Assembly (NCBI GenBank): GCA_020630245.1
Contig: JAHDBZ010000002.1
Span: 42,442-75,082, forward strand
Direction of reading: 5' to 3'
Source of the DNA: Candidatus Altimarinota bacterium
Lineage (GTDB): Bacteria > Patescibacteriota > Gracilibacteria > UBA4473
DNA: 32,641 nucleotides
Shown here piece after piece: positions 17,704-25,273 of the stretch (the first letter of the stretch is position 1; each line of letters starts with the position of its first letter). The translations under genes were made by a program, and so were the position numbers. The notes under the pieces were generated by a model. The model worked only from the letters and a program-made list of their open reading frames with translations, did not search any database and was not told the origin of the DNA.

Positions 17704-17740
17704 GAGAGATAGTGAGCGGTGAGCAGAAAGCAGTGAGCAG
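17704..17740. repeat. Tandem heptamer tract (RGTGAGC)n upstream of murD
   Basis: GAGAGAT AGTGAGC GGTGAGC AGAAAGC AGTGAGC AG, read directly from the sequence. Confidence 0.8.
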
Positions 17741-17776
17741 TTAACCCTCCTGCGGCGGGCAAGCAGATAACAGTAG

Positions 17777-17796
17777 GGGCAGGTCGCGACCTGCCC
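17777..17796. promoter_or_regulatory. Perfect 20-nt palindrome GGGCAGGTCGCGACCTGCCC
   Basis: The sequence is exactly self-complementary. It lies about 125 nt upstream of the murD start, in a 397-nt non-coding gap. Function unknown (operator, loop-less hairpin or recombination site). Confidence 0.4.
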
Positions 17797-17943
17797 GGTT
17801 AGGTGGTTTGATGGTTGGAGAGTTAATGAACGACGAAAATTTTCGGTCCGTGATTCAAATATTATGCCCCCTTGAGCAAGGTGAATTTCCGATGGAAAGA
17901 GAAGATCCCCTGGGGGATAAAGGGGGTTCGGGGGATTTACACC

Positions 17944-17977
17944 AAAAAAACCTTCGGCATCACGGGGATACCGAAGG
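17944..17977 (-). terminator. Rho-independent terminator of the 18051-18662 gene
   Basis: The minus strand reads CCTTCGGTATC-cccgt-GATGCCGAAGG, an 11-bp stem including one G-U pair, followed by TTTTTTT. It lies about 75 nt downstream of the stop codon. Confidence 0.75.
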
Positions 17978-18050
17978 GGAAATTAAGATCTTGAGGTACC
18001 AAACCTCCCTTCTTCGCACATCAAGATCTTTTTTTCATTCCGGCATCGTC

Positions 18051-18662
18051 TTACGCAAATGTGAAGGTGATGCCCCAGTTTTCGACTTTGGCTTGACCGG
18101 ACGCAACAACATAACCAGCTTCTTGGAGAGCGTCAGCAACAACGTTCAGATCCGAGAAAGCACCGTCAGAGGCAGACCCCACTGTATCTGTCGCCCGGAC
18201 TGTGGCGAGGTTTGCAGTATAGCCGAACTCCGAGAAAGCGCCGTATGATGCCTCCGGAAAGTCAGTCGCCGATAGGGCATAGTTCATAACAGGCGCAGGG
18301 TTCGTAGCAGCGTTCACAACTTCAAGGCTCTGGAATACGTCAGCAGCTGCAGTATTTGATACCACAGAGAGCCCGGATCGGTTCTCCGCCAGGCCGTATG
18401 TCAGACCGGTCATTTCCGCTGTGTCGCCTTCAACCTTTGCATAACCCAATGTGGTCGTGTCGGTTTGAAGGCCCAGGATTGTCGCTTGTTTCGCATCATA
18501 ATTTTGAACTGTAGCGTCAGAAGCTTCCATAAGCCCCGGGCTGTAGTCGGCCATAATTAAAACAGGCGATTTTTCAACGGTGTCGAATGTTGCAGCATTA
18601 GCTGTTCCAGCCATGCCAATTGTTAGGGCCAACGAAGTGGCCAATAAAAAAGTACGTTTCAT
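18051..18662 (-). CDS. Hypothetical secreted protein (203 aa), probably foreign to its neighbourhood
   Basis: The ATG at 18662 is preceded by a strong SD (GAGGAcgttATG). Signal peptide MKRTFLLATSLALTIGMAGTANA. The mature part is rich in Ala, Thr, Ser and Asp, and I recognise no family. The ORF-track start at 18707 is less likely. Confidence 0.7.
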   Translation of the reverse strand: MKRTFLLATSLALTIGMAGTANAATFDTVEKSPVLIMADYSPGLMEASDATVQNYDAKQATILGLQTDTTTLGYAKVEGDTAEMTGLTYGLAENRSGLSVVSNTAAADVFQSLEVVNAATNPAPVMNYALSATDFPEASYGAFSEFGYTANLATVRATDTVGSASDGAFSDLNVVADALQEAGYVVASGQAKVENWGITFTFA

Positions 18663-19071
18663 AACGTCCTCATAAAAAGAGACTAATAATAATTTTAGAC
18701 AGACCACGAATGGCCTGAATGAACCCAGCTAGCTAGACGGGTTCTTACTTGATGTCTATAGTGGTGCTAGCCCGCCAATATTCGTGTTTTTTCTTACAAA
18801 CACTGACGGGCTAACACCTTCTTTAAGAGAATTTTTATAAAAAAGATTTTGGGTACGAAATGGAAAAGATCTTCAAATCACACTAAATGAAAGCTACCCC
18901 GAAGTGGGGTGCTGTCAGATAAATCTGATTTGTTTTCTAGTTTAAAGATGGTTTTTTGTTTTGTAAATTTTTTTATAGGGAAATAGTTAGTAGAGATCAG
19001 TTAACAGCTTAGATCCTTCGAAGAGCTCAGGATAAGTTCGATTAACGGCTCGCCAGCTTGCCGAATCTCAC

Positions 19072-20430
19072 TTACATACTGCTCACCCGCTGTGCGATTT
19101 CCTCCGGAATACAGTGTTCACTCAGGGCCGTGTAATCAAAATCGTCTGGGAGATCGAGGTGGGATTCCCACTGGGAGACTTCGGGGTAGTACTTGGCGGC
19201 GAGGGAAAAGGCTTGTTTGACTTCGTTGACGGTGCCCACGCATTCGAAAGGTTTGTGAGTCGTCAGGCCGAGGAGTTCCTGCCAGGTTTCATCGATCTGT
19301 GGATCACTGAACATGTTTTTGCCGAAGACCTTGAGCAGTTCTGCTGGTGGGATGAAGGGGGAGAGGATGAGAAAAACAAAGGCACACTTGGAACATTCGC
19401 CACACCAGTACAATGAACCCCTCGCCCCCCCCTTATCAAGGGGGTCTTTATGAACGGTAAAGTTGCGGTTGCACGAAGAGAATTTATCTGCGAAGCGGTC
19501 CCAGGCTTTGCCCGCAAAGAGCTCAGCGATGCGAAGCTCGGTGAGTGGACGTAGCAGTGAAAAATATTCGAGTTCGGGATGAATATAGGTCCGCACGTAG
19601 TGGCAAAAGTTTTTCTCAAACTCGAGCGTCTTGGAATACTGGTGGTTAATGGCTTCGCCATCGAGTACCATGGTCGGTTCGTTAGCAGAAGATTCATTTG
19701 AGAATGCCACGTATTTTTGATTGGTCAGCACAGCAGTGATCACCGACAGGAAGGCCCAGATCGAGGAGATCGGGACATGACCGTTGATGGCCCCACGTGC
19801 ATTTAATGCAATCAAGTGCGGGCTGATAGTGCGTTTGATCTTGAGGTGGTTCTTTGACCACTGGTTACCGTGGATTTCTTTGAGACTTGGGATGAGTCCT
19901 GGGTAGTCACCGACCGTCCAGGTCTGGAAATCTAGTCCTGCGTCCTGCAGGAGCTGTACGCTGGTCAGAGAATCTTTTCCGCCGCCGAGAGGGACGATGA
20001 GGGTGTCTTTGAGGGGATGAGAGATTGCGAGATCGCGAGATTGCGAGGTTGCGAGATCCGGGAAGCTTGGACGGAAGGGCGTGATCTTATTCGTATAAAA
20101 GAGTTCTCCCAGACCGTGGTAGTAGGTTTCGGTAAAAAACTGTGCTTGGTCTTCTGTCAGGATCGAAAGGTCTTCCGCGAAGGTTATGGTTTGTGGGAGA
20201 CCGGCTTTGTAGTACGAAATCCCCGCCATGACGAAGTAGCCAAACAGGGCCGCGTCCAAGGCTGCGTGATCAACCGTGTCGGCGAACTCAAAATCAAAAC
20301 GAACTCGCTCCGTGAATTTTTCATCATCCAGTGCGTAATGACACTCCAGGGTTTTTTCTGACGCATTCCAATCAAAGCCTTCGAAGTGGAAAACGTGGTA
20401 GTTAGTGAGCAGTGAGCGGTGAGCGGTCAT
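19072..20430 (-). CDS. PP-loop (adenine nucleotide alpha-hydrolase) ATPase with a 140-aa N-terminal domain; candidate MurL-type UDP-MurNAc-L-Ala-L-Glu epimerase
   Basis: PP-loop motif LIVPLGGGKDSLTSVQLL (SGG.DS-like, near 19960-20010). C-terminal Cys cluster YWCGECSKCAFV. Its size (452 aa) and its position on the same strand near murD fit MurL, but that assignment is inference. The annotated start codon lies inside a heptamer tract. Confidence 0.6.
   Translation of the reverse strand: MTAHRSLLTNYHVFHFEGFDWNASEKTLECHYALDDEKFTERVRFDFEFADTVDHAALDAALFGYFVMAGISYYKAGLPQTITFAEDLSILTEDQAQFFTETYYHGLGELFYTNKITPFRPSFPDLATSQSRDLAISHPLKDTLIVPLGGGKDSLTSVQLLQDAGLDFQTWTVGDYPGLIPSLKEIHGNQWSKNHLKIKRTISPHLIALNARGAINGHVPISSIWAFLSVITAVLTNQKYVAFSNESSANEPTMVLDGEAINHQYSKTLEFEKNFCHYVRTYIHPELEYFSLLRPLTELRIAELFAGKAWDRFADKFSSCNRNFTVHKDPLDKGGARGSLYWCGECSKCAFVFLILSPFIPPAELLKVFGKNMFSDPQIDETWQELLGLTTHKPFECVGTVNEVKQAFSLAAKYYPEVSQWESHLDLPDDFDYTALSEHCIPEEIAQRVSSM
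20024..20055. repeat. Tandem octamer tract inside the PP-loop gene
   Basis: ATTGCGAG ATCGCGAG ATTGCGAG GTTGCGAG. On the minus strand it encodes the low-complexity linker DLATSQSRDLAISH. It shares the 19-mer AGATTGCGAGATCGCGAGA with 30401-30419. Confidence 0.85.
20404..20427. repeat. Tandem heptamer tract overlapping the 5' end of the PP-loop gene
   Basis: AGTGAGC AGTGAGC GGTGAGC GGT. The reverse complement encodes the annotated N-terminus MTAHRSLLT. Confidence 0.8.
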
Positions 20431-20478
20431 TAGGTAGGAGAGATCTTAGGGTAGCATTTTCACAAAAAAAACCAATGC

Positions 20479-20502
20479 ATTGCAACATCGCAACACCACA
20501 AC
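20479..20502. repeat. Tandem octamer tract between the LysW-like ORF and the PP-loop gene
   Basis: ATTGCAAC ATCGCAAC ACCACAAC. It has the same positional pattern as ATTGCGAG ATCGCGAG AACACGAG at 30403-30426. Confidence 0.75.
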
Positions 20503-20516
20503 ATTAGATCATTGTT

Positions 20517-20696
20517 CTAAAAGTCATCGTCCTCTTCGTAGAGTTTGATACGAATTGGGTTTTCTTGTTTGACCATGATCTCGGCACCACACAGTGAACA
20601 CTCGAGGACATCACCTTCGATAATATCGGTGCTTTCTACCTCAAATCTTCCTCGACAATCAGGACAGTACAACTGTACCGCATAGGTGGTGGTCAT
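20517..20696 (-). CDS. 59-aa LysW-like zinc-ribbon protein with acidic C-terminal tail (below the ORF-track size cut-off)
   Basis: The minus strand runs from ATG (20694-20696) to TAG (20517-20519). Translation: MTTTYAVQLYCPDCRGRFEVESTDIIEGDVLECSLCGAEIMVKQENPIRIKLYEEDDDF. The CP.C...(12-13 aa)...GD/E-V..C..CGAE..V....P pattern resembles LysW amino-group carrier proteins, but the canonical EDWGE C-terminus is missing. Confidence 0.6.
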   Translation of the reverse strand: MTTTYAVQLYCPDCRGRFEVESTDIIEGDVLECSLCGAEIMVKQENPIRIKLYEEDDDF

Positions 20697-20790
20697 GCTT
20701 CGTATGATAAGTGTGGGTTATCTAGTGTTTTTTATCGTTTTGAGCCGAAATTGCAAATGGGACAAGGGGGGGGATATGTTGTATTTAATA

Positions 20791-20825
20791 AGATGGTGGT
20801 GAGCAGTGAGTGGTGAGCAGTAAAC
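20791..20825. repeat. Tandem heptamer tract
   Basis: AGATGGT GGTGAGC AGTGAGT GGTGAGC AGTAAAC. Confidence 0.8.
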
Positions 20826-20946
20826 ATTAATTTTTGATTAAATTCATGATTTGAAAGAGTTTTTGTTTTTTGATTTTATATCTGAAATGGAAATCCCAAA
20901 TTATCAAAAGTTGCAAATTTGGCAGTCGGGAATTTAAGTTGCAGAT

Positions 20947-21240
20947 ATGACTTACGCTGCTACGAAAAATTTTCCCAACACAGAAAAATTTGGCCTTTCT
21001 TCGCAAATGCAAAGAGCTGCTGTTTCGATTCCTAGTAATGTTGCAGAAGGTTACAGACGACATTCTAAAGCTGATTTTAAGCGATTTCTATATATCAGTC
21101 TTGGCTCACTATCTGAATTAGAAACGCAGTATGTGATTGCTCATCGCCAAAAATTTATATCAGACAATCAATTACAGATATTTCAGGAAAGATCACAGAG
21201 GTTAACTCGTATGATGTATAGTTTTATAAAAAGCTTATAA
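20947..21240 (+). CDS. Four-helix-bundle protein (23S rRNA intervening-sequence protein / Avd-like family), N-terminally truncated by an in-frame TAA
   Basis: Family hallmarks: FP..EKFGLSSQMQRAAVSIPSNVAEGY.R.S..DF.RFL.IS.GSL.ELETQ. The same frame upstream (ATG 20887) encodes MEIPNYQKLQIWQSGI, then TAA (20935-20937), then VADMTYAA. That matches the normal family N-terminus (..L.VWQ......) interrupted by one stop codon. Confidence 0.7.
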   Translation: MTYAATKNFPNTEKFGLSSQMQRAAVSIPSNVAEGYRRHSKADFKRFLYISLGSLSELETQYVIAHRQKFISDNQLQIFQERSQRLTRMMYSFIKSL

Positions 21241-21244
21241 CTCT

Positions 21245-21293
21245 GCTCACCGCTCACTGCTCTCTGCTCTCTGCTCTCTGCTTCCTCCTCACC
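21245..21293. repeat. Tandem heptamer tract (reverse orientation) covering the 3' end of the methyltransferase gene
   Basis: GCTCACC GCTCACT GCTCTCT GCTCTCT GCTCTCT GCTTCCT CCTCACC. On the minus strand it encodes the C-terminal ...RRKQRAESREQ plus the stop codon. Confidence 0.85.
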
Positions 21294-21838
21294 ACCATCA
21301 CCGAATCATCCGCATCAAGCGGAAAAGTCTCATAAATCCATTCGTCTTGAGTTTCGATAAAGTTCCAGAACGGCGTCATTTTTTCACGGAATTTTTCGAC
21401 GTCATCGATAATAATTATTCCACCGGGTCGAAGTTTGGGAGCACAAAGCTCGAAGAAAATGTGGGTGTCGCGCTTGCGGGCATCGATGAAGATCAGATCA
21501 AAGGTTTCGTTGATTTCCGGTAGGACATCTTTGGCATTTCCAAAATGTTGGGTGACATGTTTTTCGAGTCCGGACTCGCGGATGTTTTCGGTGGCAATGG
21601 CAAAACTTGGCGCGGAGACATCGATGGTGTGTAGATGCCCGTGATTGTTTTCAATGACATCGCCGAGCCAGATCGTTGAGTATCCATGAGCCGTTCCAAG
21701 TTCTAGGATTGAGGTGGCTGAAAGTTGTGTTGCTTGATCATGAAGCCATTGGCCAACGATGGGAGAGACGCTGGGAACATCCCCGGCGAGATCGTCGGCT
21801 TTGAGTGATTTTAAAAAGACCCTTCGTTTGTTATCCAT
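21254..21838 (-). CDS. Class I SAM-dependent O-methyltransferase (family 3, YrrM / caffeoyl-CoA OMT-like)
   Basis: SAM motif ILELGTAHGYSTIWL, then FDLIFIDARK and LRPGGIIIIDDV. Confidence 0.85.
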   Translation of the reverse strand: MDNKRRVFLKSLKADDLAGDVPSVSPIVGQWLHDQATQLSATSILELGTAHGYSTIWLGDVIENNHGHLHTIDVSAPSFAIATENIRESGLEKHVTQHFGNAKDVLPEINETFDLIFIDARKRDTHIFFELCAPKLRPGGIIIIDDVEKFREKMTPFWNFIETQDEWIYETFPLDADDSVMVVRRKQRAESREQ

Positions 21839-21857
21839 CGAGGGTTATTGTGCGGAT

Positions 21858-22685
21858 TTAGATTTGGTTCTCAAGGCGGGCTTCGGCAAATTCGTCTAGA
21901 TTTTTTTGCAAGACTCTTATGACTTCTTCATGGGTTGCTTTTTGTCGTTGGCTACACTCAACAATACAACGACTAAAGTGAATGAAGGTCTTTTGCGCTT
22001 TATTGGAAAAAGCGTCCTCGGGTCGAAATGGCAGAGCGGGATGAGTGTCTGCGGTGATGATGCCGATGTTTTGCTTTGCTTTGGGCAGCTCTTTGATCGC
22101 CGTCCAGGCGCCCTTGTAGAGTCCAGCATTCATGCGTCGCAGCTGACCATTCTCAGATCGAAAGCCCTCAGGATAGACGAGAACAGCTTGCTCTTGGGCG
22201 ATAGTTTCTATCTGCGCTCTTCCGATCTCTCTCATCGCTTCTAGGGGTGACTTTTTGCGATCAAAAATGATCGGGTCTAGAGCCCGGATCCCTTGAGGGA
22301 ATTTTAGGGCACGTCCTTTACGCCATTCTTGGTCTCCTTCAGTCAGTTCTTTCTTAAGCATGATGCGTGTATGATTTGGGATCATGCTGTAGGCCGCCAT
22401 CGCTTCTAAACCAAATAACTGATGATTCCCCACAATCAGCGGGACGTCATCTCTCTCTGAAAGATCGATACCTTCAAGTGTAACGGGTATCCCAGCAGCT
22501 GCCAGTTTTGCAAATATGGCTTCAGACCTTTTTTTGGCTTCCTGTCGGGCCCGGTCTGGAGAGGCTTCTTTTCGAACTTTCCCAACACTCGACAGCACTG
22601 ATAGAGCGAGAGCGCCAGTTTCTCGTTTTGATAAATTTTTAGACTTATCGAAAGGCTCGTGACCAGGAATTACAGGAAGTTTCAC
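21858..22685 (-). CDS. Lysophospholipid (PlsC-like) acyltransferase family protein, atypical
   Basis: GTG start. IVGNHQLFGLEAMA resembles acyltransferase block I, but the H-x4-D aspartate is not in the canonical position. LVYPEGFRSENG corresponds to block III (FPEGTRS). Confidence 0.55.
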   Translation of the reverse strand: MKLPVIPGHEPFDKSKNLSKRETGALALSVLSSVGKVRKEASPDRARQEAKKRSEAIFAKLAAAGIPVTLEGIDLSERDDVPLIVGNHQLFGLEAMAAYSMIPNHTRIMLKKELTEGDQEWRKGRALKFPQGIRALDPIIFDRKKSPLEAMREIGRAQIETIAQEQAVLVYPEGFRSENGQLRRMNAGLYKGAWTAIKELPKAKQNIGIITADTHPALPFRPEDAFSNKAQKTFIHFSRCIVECSQRQKATHEEVIRVLQKNLDEFAEARLENQI

Positions 22686-22709
22686 GGCGGGATTTATACC
22701 AGTGATTTT

Positions 22710-25271
22710 TTAGTCTTCAAGTTTTTTTAGGTCGTATAATATTTCCAATGCCTCCTTGGGACTGAGTTCATCTGGTTGGATGTTTTTGAGGGCGTTTTCG
22801 ATAGCAGATTCTTTGGGGGTTTCGACTTCTTGAACGCGCGGTTGAGAGAAGAGATTTGGTTTCCCAGACAAGAGGTTTTCCGATTCAAGACGGGTGAGAA
22901 TCTCGCGAGATTTATCGACCACGGTCTTGGGAATTCCGGCCAGCTTAGCGACTTCAATCCCAAAACTGTCAGCGATGCCGCCGGGTTTGATTTTCCGAAG
23001 GAAAAGGATGCCGGTCTCGTTCTGAGAAACGGCGACATGATAATTTGCGGCGGCCTCTAGATCTTCCGCTAGTTCGATTAGCTCGTGGTAGTGTGTGGCA
23101 AAGAGGGTTTGGGATTTGACCTCGTTGTGCAGATATTCGGTAATGGCCCAAGCGAGTGAGATGCCATCGAAGGTCGACGTCCCGCGACCGATCTCATCGA
23201 GGATGATAAAACTCCGATTGGTGGCTTGGTGAAGGATGCTGGCGGTTTCAGCCATCTCGACGAAGAACGTTGATTGTCCGGCGGCAAGGTTGTCCGACGC
23301 TCCCACGCGAGTAAAGATCCGATCGACGATACCCCACTCAGCTTTTTCGGCGGGGACAAAGCTTCCCATCTGTCCTAAGATAATGATCAGAGCATTTTGT
23401 CTCAGGAAAGTTGATTTCCCCGCCATATTTGGTCCGGTGATCAGATGTAGACGTGATTCGACGCCAGACATTTTGAGGTGATTGCGGATAAATGGCGTGT
23501 GGCTGAGATTTTCTACGACAGGATGACGGCCGGCTGATATCTGAATAGCTGATGGTGAATCGTAAATAGTCGGGCGCTGCCAGCGTTGCACTTGAGCGGT
23601 TCGGGCCAGAGTAATGATGGCGTCGATCTGCCCGATGGACTTGGCGGCCTGTTGTAGAGATTCGATATGTGTGAGAAATTTCTGTCGGAGATTGATAAAC
23701 AGTTCGTGCTCGAGGGCATGTGCTTCGCTACCGGCCGACAGAACCTTTTCTTCGTATTCGGCGAGTTCTGGCGTCGTAAAGCGTTCGGCATTGACCAGTG
23801 TCTGACGACGAGTCCAGGTGTCAGGTGCGGCGCTGGCTTGGGCTTTGGAAACTTCTAAGCAGTAACCAAAATTTTTCGAGTACTTAATCCGTAGATTGCT
23901 AATACCAGAACTTGATTTAGCTTCGTTGAGAAAATTTTCGAGCCAGCTTTCGGCTTCACGACTCAGTGTCCGCAGTTCATCCAGTCGCGGGTGGTAGCCG
24001 TCACGAAACATACCACCAGCAGTAATTTCTAATGGAGGAGTGTCGATGAGACTTTCGATGAGTTCCGATTGCAGGGTCTCAAATTGTCCGAGAGCGGGCA
24101 GGTATTTATTGAGAAAAGTCGTATTGATCTTTTTGCAGTGAGTAATGACTTCTGGGAATTGCGCCAGCGCATCACGAAAGAAAGCCAAGTCACGTGCGTT
24201 GCCCCGTTGACTGGCCAGGCGAGCCAGCAGTCGCTCAAGGTCCGGAATGTTTTTGAGGGTTTCGTGTAGTGTCTGTCGTGCTTGGTTTTCACTTAAACTA
24301 GTTTCTACCGCATCGAGACGATGATTTATAGTGTCGACTTGGAGACTGGGCTGGAGTAACCACTGTCGTAGCTGACGAGCCCCAAGGGCGGTGCCCGCTT
24401 TGGAAAATACAGACCACAGAGTACTTTTGGGATCTCTGCCGGTTAGGGGTTGGAAGATTTCTAGATGGCGTAGCGTTTGAGAATCCAAGATTAATTGTCG
24501 CCCGGTTTGATAGTATTGGATTTGATTGAGGTGTGGTGTGGCTTTGCGCTGTGTAAACTGGATGTAATCGAGGAGAGCGCTGCCACAGATCAGGATATTT
24601 GTAAAAGTTTCAATGCCTGCGACAGCTAGATGATTGTCTGGAAACTGTACCGTAAGTGTTGCCTGTGCAGTTTTAGCATTTGGAAAATCTCGTGGTACCA
24701 GGTGCGCTGGCGGGAGTTTCTTGGTCCAGGTATCATCCTGATAATGATCTCGTGGGAGTAATATCTCTCGGGGAGCAATCCGGTAGAGCTCATCCCAAAA
24801 ATTTAGTTCGTCACTCGTCTGCGTCGTGCGAAAGTCTCCGGTCGAGAGATCGACATAAGCAATGCTAAAGTTTGGTTCTTTGTCGTTGGCTGGCAAAATA
24901 GCCGCTAAGAAGTTATTGGCGTCGTCGGTTAAATTTCCAGATTCAAGTGTCGTTCCGGGGGTAATTACACGGTCGATAACGCGGATGATTTTTTTGTCTT
25001 CGGTCTCTACCTGTTCGGCAACGGCGACGCAATGACCAGTTTCGATCAATTTCTCGAGGTACTCTTTATGGGCATGATGGGGGAATCCCGCCATGGGCAT
25101 TTCGTTGTCGGTGCCACGATGTCGAGCGGTCAGAGTGATCCCTAGGACCTTCGACCCTACGACTGCATCATCAAAAAATAACTCGTAAAAATCCCCCAAA
25201 CGAAAGAAAAGAATGGCTTCTGGGTTTTGATTTTTGAGTTCCCAGTACTGACGCTGAACGGGGGTAGACAT
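22710..25271 (-). CDS. mutS: DNA mismatch repair protein MutS
   Basis: 853 aa. N-terminal mismatch-binding region TPVQRQYWELK......ILFFRLGDFYELFFDDA, Walker A ITGPNMAGKSTFLRQ, STFFVEM.E, LDEIGRGTSTFDG.SLAWA and FATHYHEL. Confidence 0.95.
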   Translation of the reverse strand: MSTPVQRQYWELKNQNPEAILFFRLGDFYELFFDDAVVGSKVLGITLTARHRGTDNEMPMAGFPHHAHKEYLEKLIETGHCVAVAEQVETEDKKIIRVIDRVITPGTTLESGNLTDDANNFLAAILPANDKEPNFSIAYVDLSTGDFRTTQTSDELNFWDELYRIAPREILLPRDHYQDDTWTKKLPPAHLVPRDFPNAKTAQATLTVQFPDNHLAVAGIETFTNILICGSALLDYIQFTQRKATPHLNQIQYYQTGRQLILDSQTLRHLEIFQPLTGRDPKSTLWSVFSKAGTALGARQLRQWLLQPSLQVDTINHRLDAVETSLSENQARQTLHETLKNIPDLERLLARLASQRGNARDLAFFRDALAQFPEVITHCKKINTTFLNKYLPALGQFETLQSELIESLIDTPPLEITAGGMFRDGYHPRLDELRTLSREAESWLENFLNEAKSSSGISNLRIKYSKNFGYCLEVSKAQASAAPDTWTRRQTLVNAERFTTPELAEYEEKVLSAGSEAHALEHELFINLRQKFLTHIESLQQAAKSIGQIDAIITLARTAQVQRWQRPTIYDSPSAIQISAGRHPVVENLSHTPFIRNHLKMSGVESRLHLITGPNMAGKSTFLRQNALIIILGQMGSFVPAEKAEWGIVDRIFTRVGASDNLAAGQSTFFVEMAETASILHQATNRSFIILDEIGRGTSTFDGISLAWAITEYLHNEVKSQTLFATHYHELIELAEDLEAAANYHVAVSQNETGILFLRKIKPGGIADSFGIEVAKLAGIPKTVVDKSREILTRLESENLLSGKPNLFSQPRVQEVETPKESAIENALKNIQPDELSPKEALEILYDLKKLED

Positions 25272-25273
25272 GT

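Noticed and set aside
17900-17940. tRNA-like GGTTCG motif (AGGGGGTTCGGGGGATTT) in the long intergenic region.
   Set aside because: The flanking bases cannot form a T-arm, and no acceptor or anticodon stems could be drawn. It is probably just a G-rich stretch.
17985-18036. 10-bp inverted repeat AAGATCTTGA...TCAAGATCTT followed by T6 on the plus strand, as a plus-strand terminator or the end of an sRNA.
   Set aside because: The loop is 26 nt. I could find no convincing plus-strand promoter or gene upstream. It is kept only as part of the structured-flank observation for the insert.
17808-18248. Plus-strand 146-aa ORF spanning the non-coding gap and the 3' end of the secreted-protein gene.
   Set aside because: It starts with a non-ATG codon and runs through two terminator-type hairpins. 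It also overlaps the better-supported minus-strand gene, which has an SD, a signal peptide and a terminator.
20887-21240. Diversity-generating retroelement, suggested by the Avd-like four-helix-bundle gene and by the single A-to-G difference between the 171-bp TSR repeats.
   Set aside because: The window has no reverse transcriptase. There is no template/variable repeat pair with multiple adenine-specific mismatches, and the repeats are in-frame tandem protein modules. A DGR elsewhere in the genome cannot be excluded.
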